A stretch of 64,000 nucleotides of DNA, from assembly GCA_009838735.1 (NCBI GenBank), contig VXQZ01000031.1:1207-65206 (forward strand), read 5' to 3'. The stretch's first letter is position 1, and each line of letters starts with the position of its first letter. Position numbers and translations under genes: made by a program. The DNA is from Chloroflexota bacterium. GTDB taxonomy: Bacteria; Chloroflexota; Dehalococcoidia; Bin125. Below are positions 50,301 through 58,544 of the stretch, piece by piece. The notes under the pieces were generated by a model that was not told the origin of the DNA, did not search any database, and was given only the letters and a program-made list of their open reading frames with translations.

Positions 50301-50493
50301 CACCGCCCGTGATCGGCTGGACCTCGAGGCTCTTGGCCTGCCGGGCAAACTCCAGCGCGCCGCAGAGGTTCGTGTCAGTCAAGGCCAGCGCGGGCATCCC
50401 GGACTCGGCGGCCTGTGCCAGCAGCTCATGGATATGCGACGCGCCCAGGCCGAAAGAAAAAAAACTCTTGGCGTGTAGTTCGACGTAGGTCAT
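47353..50493 (-). CDS. dnaE2: error-prone DNA polymerase III alpha-subunit homologue
   Basis: N-terminal PHP domain (YVELHAKSFFSFGLGAS). 1046 aa, the DnaE2 size class. Overlaps the upstream imuB-like gene by 4 nt. Confidence 0.85.
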   Translation of the reverse strand: MTYVELHAKSFFSFGLGASHIHELLAQAAESGMPALALTDTNLCGALEFARQAKSLEVQPITGGELTLTDGSRLVLLTKTRAGYANLSRLFTLANEVDRRDPKLDPARLAEHAEGLVLLCGGRDGPLSRLVLAGRYPEARELLGQYRDWYGVDSAYVELQQNFLRGDLERNRELVGLARELGTPLVATNDVHYHRPERYRLQHALVAAKHNTTLDQALQHIQPNHHLHLKSAAQMQQLFADIPEALCNTRRVAEQCQFNLDIDLGYALPQPPVPAGYEPDTYLRRLCEEAAARRYGSVTREVGQRLDEEFRLIEKHNLAGFLLLYREIVRLAQQIMEARGLVEPETPIEQRPPGRGRGSSVALLVGYLIGISHIDPLQWDLSLERFLPDDMASLPDIDLDFPRGLRDELIERVHASFGRDYAVLTGAISTYSVKGIIQDLGKALGLPPDDLRLLSKQIHSHDGARLREEMEQLPAFREKIEGYGWRDLIALAPQLMEAPRGLSQHVGGMILSSSPIPELVPVRAGAIAGRYIMDWNKDSVADANFAKIDLLSLPVLDQIEEALDLIEQREGERPDLSRISPKDEGVYDLINEGKSKGVFLLQSPAQLKMGQRLKSRNLRDLAYQVALIRPGVGTQGSAVSQFVERYRQGAGWDYDHPLEARALERGYGIIVWQEQVVQLIMDVAGMTGSQADEVRRAFSKPNNKHLIAMHRQRFLEGAQANGVPADIAERIFGKINGHYMFPESHSHAFAITAYQAAWIKRYHPLEFFVSLLNNQPMGFYPFETLKQDARRFGTPFLNPCINCSQVRCVPEGGSARLGLGMIKNIGPESAKLIVGERERHGPYADAGELVRRTGLKPQSLRSLIEAGAFDALTPNRRAALWEAGLSIPSARNGQRAFPVHSADPPPQFDDFSDYENMVGEYRVLGIYPRGHVMEFIRPRLDADVLTTAETYQAGDGQRICVAGWPIARQHPQGSDGVVFVTIEDETGDVQAVVRPEVFARCRRALSNPLIIIHGRIDRWDGTTNIAAERIEAVGADVPLPKSHDWH

Positions 50494-51998
50494 GACGACG
50501 CGTCTTGCCGGTACCAGCGGTCTTCACACTGCTCGCGAAAGAGTGTGAGCTGGTTTCCGTTTGCTTGGCTGACCCGGTAGTAGGAGCGAGTCACGGGCGT
50601 TGGTCGCCACCAGAGATCGAAACTCCATTGGTCCTCGATCCGCGTCACCTCGCGCCAACGCTCGCCGATCTGAACGGCACGCGGTTCCTGCGTAGGCCCC
50701 TCGCGCACAGCAACGATCTCTGGCGTGGTCAACGACCGCATGCCGTCACCGGCCGATGGATCGATTGAGACCTGCAGCGCGCGCAGCTCCGGGAGCGGGT
50801 GCCAGGGTGCCACCTCGACCAGGCGGTGGAGCGAATGCTTGCCGTTCAACCGTGCCTGGAGCTGCCGCTCGGTCTCGAGCAGCCGCCGCTCTCGGTCATG
50901 GCGCAAGTCGGGGAAAAACGACAGCTGCTCGCCGCTCGCACCGCTGAGATTGGCCAGTGTGATCGTCATCGCCTCGACCGGCGCCTGCGGATGCTCGACC
51001 TCCAGGCGCGCCTGAATGATCTCAGCCGTTCGCCGCCAATCACCCAGCTTGGTCTTGAAGTGGAACGTCCGCTCCCAGGTCGGTGCATCCTCCAACACGC
51101 AGGTCAGTGTCGCCGTCTCTACGTAGCGGCCCTGCATTCGCGGCTGCGCGTAGACGCGCTGCAGCAACGTGTCCACAGCCGCACGCAGGAGTTGGAGTGA
51201 GGTCGATTCGGGTGGCAACGAGAGCGTCTCCGTCACCGGTTCTTTGTATGCGCGAGGCCGCAGCGGACGCTCATCGATCCCGTTGGCCAGCTCCCAGACG
51301 CGACGCCCCTCGCGTCCGAAGCGATCCAGCAACGCCTGCGGCTCCTGCGAGGCAACGGCCCCCATCGTCGCGAGCCCAAACCGGCGCAGATCCTCTTTCA
51401 ACTCGGACGCACAGGGCAACAGGTCGATCGAGTGCGGCGCGAGAAACGCGGCCGCGTCGCTGGGAACCGTGGTCACATTCGCTCGGCCTCGTACTCGGCC
51501 TCGTACTCGGCCTCGTACCTGGGCCGCCACCAGGGAGGTGAACTTGTTCGGCCCCAACCCCAGCCGCGGCTTCAGGTACTCGGATGCGGCTCGTAGCAGC
51601 GCCTCATGTAACTCCGCCTCGCCGCCGTGCATCGTCGCCAACCCGTTCACGCCCACATAGCCGATGCCTAACTCCGCGCCCTCCACCCGGTCGCTGATGC
51701 TGTCGAGCGCGCTGAGCATCTGCTCGAACGCCTGGCGATAGTACGGTTCATCCGCCTCCAAGATTGTGGCCTCGGAGTGCAACGAGAGTGCCTGTCTCAG
51801 GCTCTTCCCTAACGTCAAACTGGAAGCCGCCGGCAGATGATCGACGACCACCGCCCGCCCGCCCGAGCGATCCACGATCACGCCCACACGCTCCGCTAGC
51901 TCCGGCCGCCGCGCCAACTCCAGGCGCGCACGCCAGTGGGCGATGGCGATGCAAGCAATAGGTGTTCCCTGTCTCATCTGAGATTCCGTTCCGAACAC
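50490..51998 (-). CDS. imuB: ImuB-like Y-family polymerase-fold protein (mutasome component)
   Basis: About 500 aa with UmuC/DinB-like N-terminal fold motifs (IAIAHWR..., GIGYVG...). Lies immediately upstream of dnaE2 with a 4-nt overlap. GTG start. Confidence 0.7.
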   Translation of the reverse strand: MFGTESQMRQGTPIACIAIAHWRARLELARRPELAERVGVIVDRSGGRAVVVDHLPAASSLTLGKSLRQALSLHSEATILEADEPYYRQAFEQMLSALDSISDRVEGAELGIGYVGVNGLATMHGGEAELHEALLRAASEYLKPRLGLGPNKFTSLVAAQVRGRVRGRVRGRANVTTVPSDAAAFLAPHSIDLLPCASELKEDLRRFGLATMGAVASQEPQALLDRFGREGRRVWELANGIDERPLRPRAYKEPVTETLSLPPESTSLQLLRAAVDTLLQRVYAQPRMQGRYVETATLTCVLEDAPTWERTFHFKTKLGDWRRTAEIIQARLEVEHPQAPVEAMTITLANLSGASGEQLSFFPDLRHDRERRLLETERQLQARLNGKHSLHRLVEVAPWHPLPELRALQVSIDPSAGDGMRSLTTPEIVAVREGPTQEPRAVQIGERWREVTRIEDQWSFDLWWRPTPVTRSYYRVSQANGNQLTLFREQCEDRWYRQDASS

Positions 51999-52010
51999 AG
52001 TGATTATCGT

Positions 52011-52024
52011 AGAACTAAAGTTCT
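52011..52024. promoter_or_regulatory. candidate LexA (SOS) box AGAAC-TAAA-GTTCT (GAAC-N4-GTTC core) 13 bp upstream of the imuB start
   Basis: Near-perfect palindrome seen directly. It matches the Cheo-box-type GAAC-N4-GTTC core. imuB-dnaE2 cassettes are typically LexA-regulated. Confidence 0.5.
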
Positions 52025-52207
52025 CTATGGGTCAAGAAGATCCGCTGGTGCCTCTCCACATAACCGCAACCCTGTCCACAACCCCACCCCCGACGCCACA
52101 AACCCCATCGCCCAAGCCCACTACACCTACAACAACGGCCGATCCGGCGACTCCAGCCTCAGCCCCAGCGGAGCGACACCCGCTACGCTGACCTCCAGGA
52201 GACCGCC

Positions 52208-52456
52208 ATGCCCACCCGAGTCAGAGCCCGCTATGCCAACGGCAAACTCGAGCCCCTCGAGCCGCTCAACCTCACCGAAGGCTGCGAAGTCACCGTCACG
52301 GTCGCGGAAGAATCCGAAACGGCGGCAGAGTCGATTCTGGATATGTTCGAGCGGCTGCACCGCAAGTATCCGCCGGAGACCCGCGGCGACGCACCGACCG
52401 ATGGAGCTAAGAACTATAAGCACTATCTCTACGGCCACCCGAAGGTCGAGGATTGA
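52208..52456 (+). CDS. type II antitoxin, DUF104/AF2212-like family
   Basis: RARYANGKLEPLEPLNLTEGCEVTVTV is the classic DUF104 antitoxin N-terminus. 82 aa. Overlaps the downstream PIN gene by 4 nt (ATGA). Confidence 0.7.
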   Translation: MPTRVRARYANGKLEPLEPLNLTEGCEVTVTVAEESETAAESILDMFERLHRKYPPETRGDAPTDGAKNYKHYLYGHPKVED

Positions 52457-52875
52457 TGCGAGCCGTCTTCGCCGACGCCGGATACTGGATCGGCATGCTC
52501 TTTCGCCGCGATCAGCTGCACGAGCGTGCGCTTGCGCTCACGGCGCGTCTCGACCCTTTCGACATCGTCACCACGCAGATGATCGTGGTGGAAGTGTTCA
52601 ATCACGCCTCGCGAATCGGGCTTGTCGACCGTGAAGTGGTCGTTGATTGGCTGAGAGACCTGGAGAGGAATGATCGGGTCGAGATCGTCCCGCAGACTCC
52701 GCAGCAGTTCCACGCAGCGGCAGAACGGTTCGCCGCTCGCGCCGATCAGAGCTGGAGCCTCACCGACTGCGCCAGCTTCCTCGTCATGGAGGAACGCGGC
52801 ATCACCGAGGCCCTCGCCTACGACCGAGACTTCGAACAGGCCGGCTTCACCGCCCTGCTCCGAGAATCCGACTAG
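52453..52875 (+). CDS. vapC: PIN-domain toxin (VapC family)
   Basis: PIN acidic residues in the expected order (VFADAGYWI ... VVEVFN ... SLTDCASFLVMEERGITEALAYDRDF). Confidence 0.75.
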   Translation: MMRAVFADAGYWIGMLFRRDQLHERALALTARLDPFDIVTTQMIVVEVFNHASRIGLVDREVVVDWLRDLERNDRVEIVPQTPQQFHAAAERFAARADQSWSLTDCASFLVMEERGITEALAYDRDFEQAGFTALLRESD

Positions 52876-52980
52876 AATAAACATACGAGGAAACCCCAGC
52901 CCCCAACCCCGCCGACACAATCCAGCACAAACGGAGAATTCCACAGACAGAACCGAGCAAAACTGAGCCAAATCAGCACG

Positions 52981-53030
52981 AATCTGGACTCATCTGGACA
53001 AATCTGGACTATCCCGGACAGTTGGACGCC
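52981..53030. promoter_or_regulatory. phased array of GGAC direct repeats (TCTGGAC x3, then CCGGAC, TTGGAC) at 10 bp spacing upstream of the LLM gene
   Basis: aatctggactc atctggacaa atctggacta tcccggacag ttggacgcc seen directly. Helical-phase spacing. Lies in a relatively AT-rich 255 bp intergenic region. Confidence 0.4.
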
Positions 53031-53130
53031 CAATTCCCAGCCCACGACGCCAGATCGTCGATGTTGCGGCCAGATTCCTCTCCGATGCCCCGTTCTCTAT
53101 CCTGAATCTTTGAGTTGCGTGAGGTGAACC

Positions 53131-54243
53131 ATGCCCGTCGAATTCCTGGGAATGATTGGCGTCAAGCCGTCCGAGTCCAACGCTGCGATGCACATCATCG
53201 GCGGCGGCATCGACCATGACTACCTCTGTCGATTCACGAAAGCCCACGAAGACTCCGACTTCGACGGCGTCCTCGTCGGCTACACCTCCGGCGCCGCCGA
53301 CGGCCTCCACGTCGCCCAGGCCGCTGCCGCCTGCAGCGAGCGGATCAAGTTCCTCATCGCCCACCGACCCGGATTCGTCGCCCCGACCCTCGCCGCGCGC
53401 AAGTTCGCCACGCTCGACTTCTTCACTAATGGGCGCGTCTCCGTCCACATCATCACCGGTGGACACGACGTCGAACAGCAGCGCGACGGGGACTGGAAGG
53501 GCCACGACGAGCGCTACCGCCGCACCGACGAGTACCTCAGCATTCTGCGCCGCACCCTGGAGCACGACGCCCACGGGCGCGAGCCCTTCGACTTCGACGG
53601 TGAGTTCTACCAGGTCGTCGGCCAGAACCCCGAGGTCACGCCAATCCAGCCCGGCGGCATCCCGCTCTACTTCGGCGGCGCATCCGACATCGCCTTCGAA
53701 ATCGGCGTCAAGCACGCCGACATCTACATGATGTGGGGCGAACCGCGCGCCTCGATCGCCTCCACAATCGAGCGCGTCCACGAGGGCGCCGCGAGGCACG
53801 GGCGCAAGCCCAGACTCTCCGTCTCTTTCCGCCCGATCATCGCCCCCACCGAGGATCAGGCCTGGGAAAAGGCCCACAACTACCTCGCCGCGGTGCAAAA
53901 GCTCTCCAAGCAACCGCTCGACTTCCGACCCCAGTCGCGCGGCTCGCAGCGCTTGCTCGAGTTCGCCGCCCAGGGCGAAGTCCACGACGAGCGCCTCTGG
54001 ATGCCGATCGCGGGAGCCACCGGCGCCGCGGGCAACAGCACCGCCCTCGTCGGAACCCCCGAGCAGGTCGCCGAGGTCCTGCTCAAGTACATCGACCTCG
54101 GCGTCACCACCATCCTCATCCGTGGCTTCGAACCCCTGCCCGACGCCATCGATTACGGCCGCGAACTGATCCCCATGGTCAAAGCCGAAGTCGCCCGCCG
54201 CGACGCCGAGGCCGCCCGCCAGACGGCAGCAGTCGCAGACTGA
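53131..54243 (+). CDS. LLM-class flavin-dependent oxidoreductase (luciferase-like monooxygenase)
   Basis: TIM-barrel LLM pattern (RIKFLIAHRPGFVAP..., SVHIITGG, GTPEQVAEVLLKYIDLGVTTILIRG). 370 aa. Confidence 0.85.
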   Translation: MPVEFLGMIGVKPSESNAAMHIIGGGIDHDYLCRFTKAHEDSDFDGVLVGYTSGAADGLHVAQAAAACSERIKFLIAHRPGFVAPTLAARKFATLDFFTNGRVSVHIITGGHDVEQQRDGDWKGHDERYRRTDEYLSILRRTLEHDAHGREPFDFDGEFYQVVGQNPEVTPIQPGGIPLYFGGASDIAFEIGVKHADIYMMWGEPRASIASTIERVHEGAARHGRKPRLSVSFRPIIAPTEDQAWEKAHNYLAAVQKLSKQPLDFRPQSRGSQRLLEFAAQGEVHDERLWMPIAGATGAAGNSTALVGTPEQVAEVLLKYIDLGVTTILIRGFEPLPDAIDYGRELIPMVKAEVARRDAEAARQTAAVAD

Positions 54244-54245
54244 CC

Positions 54246-55376
54246 ATGAACGACGCCGAGCGCCGCATCCGCGCCTACGAGGAGATGGGCATCCACCGCA
54301 CCGGCCGCGAGGCCGACAACACGACCACCTGGTGGATGATCGAAGAACTGCGCAAAATCGGCGTTGACGCCGACCACCAGACCTGGCGCTTCCCCCGCGT
54401 CGAAATCCACGACGCCTCAATCCGCTTCGGCCCCTGGGACATTCCCGCCGTCCCGACCTTTGACGGCGCCTTCACCGACCACAACGGCCTCACCGCAACA
54501 CTGCGCACTGACAACGGTCCCGGCATCGTCGTCTGGGAGTTCGCCCACGACGACCAGGAGCGCATGGCCGCCGGCATCTACTCGTCCTTCGAGATCGCAC
54601 GCCAGGATGGCGCCGACGGCATCATCCTCGTCATGGGTGACCCCGACGGCCATCCAGTCCTGCGCAATGCCGAGCGACCCCTCGACCCCATCGAACTGCC
54701 CGTCCTCCAGGTCGCACCAATAGACGCCGGACCTCTCCTCGACCCCATCGGCTCCGAGGTCACCTTCATCAGCGACGGCGGGCGGGTTGACGCGCCGGCC
54801 GACAATGTGATCGGAACGATTCCCGGCACAGATCCCGACGCTGCGCCCGTCGTCCTGATGACGCCCAAATCCGGCTGGTACACCTGCGCTGCCGAGCGCG
54901 GCGGTGGGATCGCCATCTGGATGGAAGTCGCCGGACGAATCGCCGGCAACCCCGGCCGCCGCACGCTCAACCTTGTCGCCTCCAGCGGACACGAACTCCA
55001 CCACCTCGGCCTCGACCACTACATCCACGAACTCGGCGACGCCGCCCACGATGTTCACACCTGGATGCATCTCGGAGCCTCCATCGGCTCCCGCAACGGC
55101 CAACCCAGCTACGCCGCCTCCGACGACGAACTCTTCAACGTCGCCACCAACGCCCTCAACGCCCAGGAGCTTGAGCGCCGCGCCTTCCCGGTCGGCAACG
55201 CCGGCTTCGGAGAAGCCCGCAACATCGGAGAAATCAACGGCCGCTTCGCCTCCTTCCTCGGAGGCCATCCCTACTTCCACAGCCCTCTCGACACCTACGA
55301 CCGCTGCGTCGACCCCGAATCCCTCGCCAGGCACACCGACGCCGCCGAACAGATCGTCCGCTACATGCTCCAGTAG
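54246..55376 (+). CDS. hypothetical protein, possibly a Zn-dependent (M28-like) peptidase-fold protein
   Basis: ORF with host-like codon usage. The start is taken at M 54246, directly after the LLM stop; the track's 53733 start overlaps the LLM gene. The His/Asp/Glu-rich segment NLVASSGHELHHLGLDHYIHE suggests metal binding. Family assignment is uncertain. Confidence 0.45.
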   Translation: MNDAERRIRAYEEMGIHRTGREADNTTTWWMIEELRKIGVDADHQTWRFPRVEIHDASIRFGPWDIPAVPTFDGAFTDHNGLTATLRTDNGPGIVVWEFAHDDQERMAAGIYSSFEIARQDGADGIILVMGDPDGHPVLRNAERPLDPIELPVLQVAPIDAGPLLDPIGSEVTFISDGGRVDAPADNVIGTIPGTDPDAAPVVLMTPKSGWYTCAAERGGGIAIWMEVAGRIAGNPGRRTLNLVASSGHELHHLGLDHYIHELGDAAHDVHTWMHLGASIGSRNGQPSYAASDDELFNVATNALNAQELERRAFPVGNAGFGEARNIGEINGRFASFLGGHPYFHSPLDTYDRCVDPESLARHTDAAEQIVRYMLQ

Positions 55377-56663
55377 TCAGATGATCGCGGATCGCCGCAG
55401 CCGGGCCAACTCTGACTTCGCAACCCCAACCTCCGACAGCACCTCCGCCGTGTGCTCACCCAGCAGCGGCGCCCGACGCCGAATCATCCACGGACTCTCA
55501 CTGAGCTTGTACGGCGCACCTGGCAGCCTGACCGGTTCCTCAAACTCCGGATGCGCGATCTCTGTCCAGAACTCCCGCGCCCGCAGATGCTCCGACTCTG
55601 CCACCTCGCCAATCGTGTGCACCGGCTGGAACGAAATGTGGTTCTCGCCGAACAGCTCCATCAACTCGGCCTTCGTCCGCTCCTTCATCCACGGATGCCA
55701 GAACGCGTCCAGATCCTCGCTGTGCTGAAACGCGAGCCAACGGTTCTGCAGCCGTTCATCGTGCTGCCATTCCGGATCACCCATCAGCTCTAGAAACCGG
55801 CTCCACTGCCGGTCGACCATCGTGATCACTTCGTAGTAGCCGTCCTTCACGGGCGTCACCTGCCACGGATAGAAGGCGTTCATGTGCGTCCCGGCCCGGC
55901 CCCGCGACTGCCCCGTGAAGACAAATGTCGCCACCCCGGCCCCGGCCATGACGTTGCTGATGATGTCGACGATCGATAGCCAAGCGTGCTGTCCCAACCC
56001 GTCTTCACGCGTCGCCCGGCGCGCCAATAGTGCCGCGATCGCCGCGTGGATGCCGCCCTGGAACTGCGGTGCGTCGTAAGGCAGTCCAAGCGGCGCGCGA
56101 TCCGGATCGCCAATCCGATACGAGATCCCGCTCGCCAGCGACGCTATCAGCGACTCCGCCCGCCAGCCCTCGCGCTGCGTGCCAATCCCGAACACCGTGA
56201 TCGTCACCTGGTTGAACTCCGGTGCATCGACCGACAGGTCTTCCCAGGTCAAACCCAGCGATCGCTGCTCCGCAATATGTCGCGACGTAATCACGGTCCC
56301 GCAACGACGCGCCAGCCCTCGATACATCCGTCGACCGGCCGCTGACTCCAGATCCAGCGTCACGCTGCGCTTGTTGGTGTCGAGAAAGAGGTGCAGCCCG
56401 CTCCGCTCCCGCCGCGGCTCGTCCTTCGGGAACGGAGACAGGCGCCGCACCTCATCACCGCCTGGAACCTCGACTTTGATCACGTCGGCGCCCAGATCGG
56501 CGAGCAGTTTGCCCGCATACGACGCAGCGATCCCGCCCCCGTCCTCGAGCACTGTCATGCCGGCCAGCGCGGCCGTTGAAGCCCCTGCCCTTGGTTCTCC
56601 GCTGGTCTCAGTCGTCATCTGAGTGAGGGTAGCGCTAGCCTCTGACACACAATTCGCAAGCAA
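55377..56663 (-). CDS. CoA-transferase family III (CaiB/BaiF)
   Basis: Family III N-terminal region (GMTVLEDGGGIAASYAGKLLADLGADVIKVE) with a conserved catalytic Asp context. 428 aa. Confidence 0.85.
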   Translation of the reverse strand: MLANCVSEASATLTQMTTETSGEPRAGASTAALAGMTVLEDGGGIAASYAGKLLADLGADVIKVEVPGGDEVRRLSPFPKDEPRRERSGLHLFLDTNKRSVTLDLESAAGRRMYRGLARRCGTVITSRHIAEQRSLGLTWEDLSVDAPEFNQVTITVFGIGTQREGWRAESLIASLASGISYRIGDPDRAPLGLPYDAPQFQGGIHAAIAALLARRATREDGLGQHAWLSIVDIISNVMAGAGVATFVFTGQSRGRAGTHMNAFYPWQVTPVKDGYYEVITMVDRQWSRFLELMGDPEWQHDERLQNRWLAFQHSEDLDAFWHPWMKERTKAELMELFGENHISFQPVHTIGEVAESEHLRAREFWTEIAHPEFEEPVRLPGAPYKLSESPWMIRRRAPLLGEHTAEVLSEVGVAKSELARLRRSAII

Positions 56664-56677
56664 GCAGGAGGTGCCCG

Positions 56678-57499
56678 ATGGACGACCTGAGCGGCAAGGT
56701 GGCGCTGGTGACCGGCGCCGGATCGGGCATCGGACGCGGCATCGCGCTCGCCTGCGCCGACGAAGGCATGCACGTCATCCTCGCCGACGTGCAGGTAGGC
56801 ACGACTCAGGCCGTCGCCGCCGAAGTCGAGGCCAGGGAAGTCCAGGCGCTGCCGGTCGACCTCGACGTGACCGACGCGGTTGGATATGAATGGTTGGCCG
56901 AGCAGGTTTACGCCCAGTTCGGTGAGCTCAATCTGCTGGTCAACAACGCGGGTGTGCTGACCGGTGGCGTTCTCACCCAGGCCACCCAGGCCGACTGGGA
57001 CTGGACCTTCTCGGTCAACATGTACGGCATCGTCAATGGCGTTCAGACCTTCCTCCCGCGCATGCGCTCGCAAGGCAGCGAGGCTCACATCGTCAACACG
57101 GTGTCAATGGCGGGGCTGCGACTCAACGAGGTGATTCCGCTCGGCGTCTACAGCGCCAGCAAGCACGCCGCCTTTGCCTACTCCGAGTCGCTGCGCGACG
57201 AACTGGCGGCCGAAGGTATCGGCGTTTCAGCTCTCTGTCCAGGCGGTGTCGACACCCTGATCGGCGAGGCTGGACGCAACCGGCCGGATCAGTTCGGAGG
57301 AGCCACCGAGGGAGCCGCGCGAGGCTTCAGTCCGGGAGCAATGTCGCAGCAGATGAACCCCGAGGATGTCGGCCGCATCGTCATCAAGGGAGTCAAAGCG
57401 AACCGCTGGCTGATCTTCTCCCACCCCGAGCTGCGCCCGCACGTCGAACGACGTTACCAGCGCATCATGGACGACTTCGACTTCTTCGCCAACGACTGA
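56678..57499 (+). CDS. SDR family oxidoreductase
   Basis: TGAGSGIGRG Rossmann motif, NNAG, and S...YxxxK (YSASKHA). Confidence 0.85.
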   Translation: MDDLSGKVALVTGAGSGIGRGIALACADEGMHVILADVQVGTTQAVAAEVEAREVQALPVDLDVTDAVGYEWLAEQVYAQFGELNLLVNNAGVLTGGVLTQATQADWDWTFSVNMYGIVNGVQTFLPRMRSQGSEAHIVNTVSMAGLRLNEVIPLGVYSASKHAAFAYSESLRDELAAEGIGVSALCPGGVDTLIGEAGRNRPDQFGGATEGAARGFSPGAMSQQMNPEDVGRIVIKGVKANRWLIFSHPELRPHVERRYQRIMDDFDFFAND

Positions 57500-57540
57500 T
57501 CCCCTCCCCCCGTGGGAGAGGGTTAGGGTGAGGGCGGCAG
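57497..57540. repeat. GC-rich hairpin element (family member C) after the SDR stop
   Basis: tgatcccctccccccgtgggagagggttagggtgagggcgg. Same GAGAGGGTTAGGG(TGAGGGC) core as elements A and B. Confidence 0.5.
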
Positions 57541-57581
57541 TGTCGCGGTCCGGCCATGGCGATAAATCCTAGGAGCAGCAG

Positions 57582-58532
57582 GTGAACACGGAACACACCA
57601 CCCCAACCGACATCCTCCCCGACCCGGAGGTGGTAGAAGTCTCAGACGGCATCTTCGCCTACATCCAACATGACGGCTCATGGTGCCTGAACAATCCGGC
57701 CTTCATCGATGTCGGCGACCAGGTCATCGCGATTGACGCCTGCGCCAACGAACGCCGCACCCGCCTCTTCCGCGAAGCGATCGCTGGCATCTCTGCGAAT
57801 CCTGTGCGCACCCTGGTCAACACCCACGCGCACATGGACCACACCTACGGCAACTGCCTCTTCACCGACGACGCGGTGATCATCGGACACCGAAACTGCC
57901 GGGACCAGATCCTCAGGGAAGCGCCCGGTCAGCTTGAGCGCGTCTCAGTCATGTTTCCCGCCGTCGAATGGGGCGACGTCACCCCGGTCGCGCCCAACGT
58001 CGTCTTCGACGACACGATGACCCTCTACGCCGGCGACCTCGAACTGCAGCTGATCTACGTCTCGCCCGCCCACACCAACACCGACGCGGTGGTCTGGATT
58101 CCCGAGCGCCGAATCCTGATCGCCGGCGACATCATCTTCAACCAGGGCACCCCGTTCGCACTCATGGGCTCTGTCGCCGGCTGGCGCTCCGCACTCGAAC
58201 GCCTCAAGGAGCTTCCGATCGAGACGGTCATCGCCGGCCACGGTCCGGTCGCCGACGCCTCCGTGCTTGACGAGGTCGACGCCTATCTCGAGTTTGTCCA
58301 GGACTCCGCGAAGTCGGCCTACGACGCTGGAGTTGAACCGCTACAGGCCGCCCGCGATCTCGACCTCGGCCGTTTCGGCGAATGGACCGACGAAGAACGA
58401 ATCGTCGGCAACCTGCACCGCGCCTACAGCGAACTCAGGCGCGAAGAGTGGGGCGCAGAGATTGACATGGCAACCGCCTTCGGTCAGATGATCGAATTCA
58501 ACGGTGGCAAGCCGCTGCGTTGCCTGGCGTAA
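57582..58532 (+). CDS. MBL-fold metallo-hydrolase
   Basis: HxHxDH motif (NTHAHMDHTYGN) and a downstream His (AGHGP). Confidence 0.85.
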   Translation: MNTEHTTPTDILPDPEVVEVSDGIFAYIQHDGSWCLNNPAFIDVGDQVIAIDACANERRTRLFREAIAGISANPVRTLVNTHAHMDHTYGNCLFTDDAVIIGHRNCRDQILREAPGQLERVSVMFPAVEWGDVTPVAPNVVFDDTMTLYAGDLELQLIYVSPAHTNTDAVVWIPERRILIAGDIIFNQGTPFALMGSVAGWRSALERLKELPIETVIAGHGPVADASVLDEVDAYLEFVQDSAKSAYDAGVEPLQAARDLDLGRFGEWTDEERIVGNLHRAYSELRREEWGAEIDMATAFGQMIEFNGGKPLRCLA

Positions 58533-58544
58533 CGCGCGGAGCGG

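Noticed and set aside
53733-54245. N-terminal 170-codon extension of the 54246 ORF overlapping the LLM gene in another frame
   Set aside because: The overlap would be 500 bp with a strongly supported CDS. The extension translates to Arg/Pro-rich nonsense. M at 54246 follows the LLM stop directly.
52990-54420. 476-aa minus-strand ORF
   Set aside because: Antisense to the LLM oxidoreductase. Arg/Gly-rich nonsense translation.
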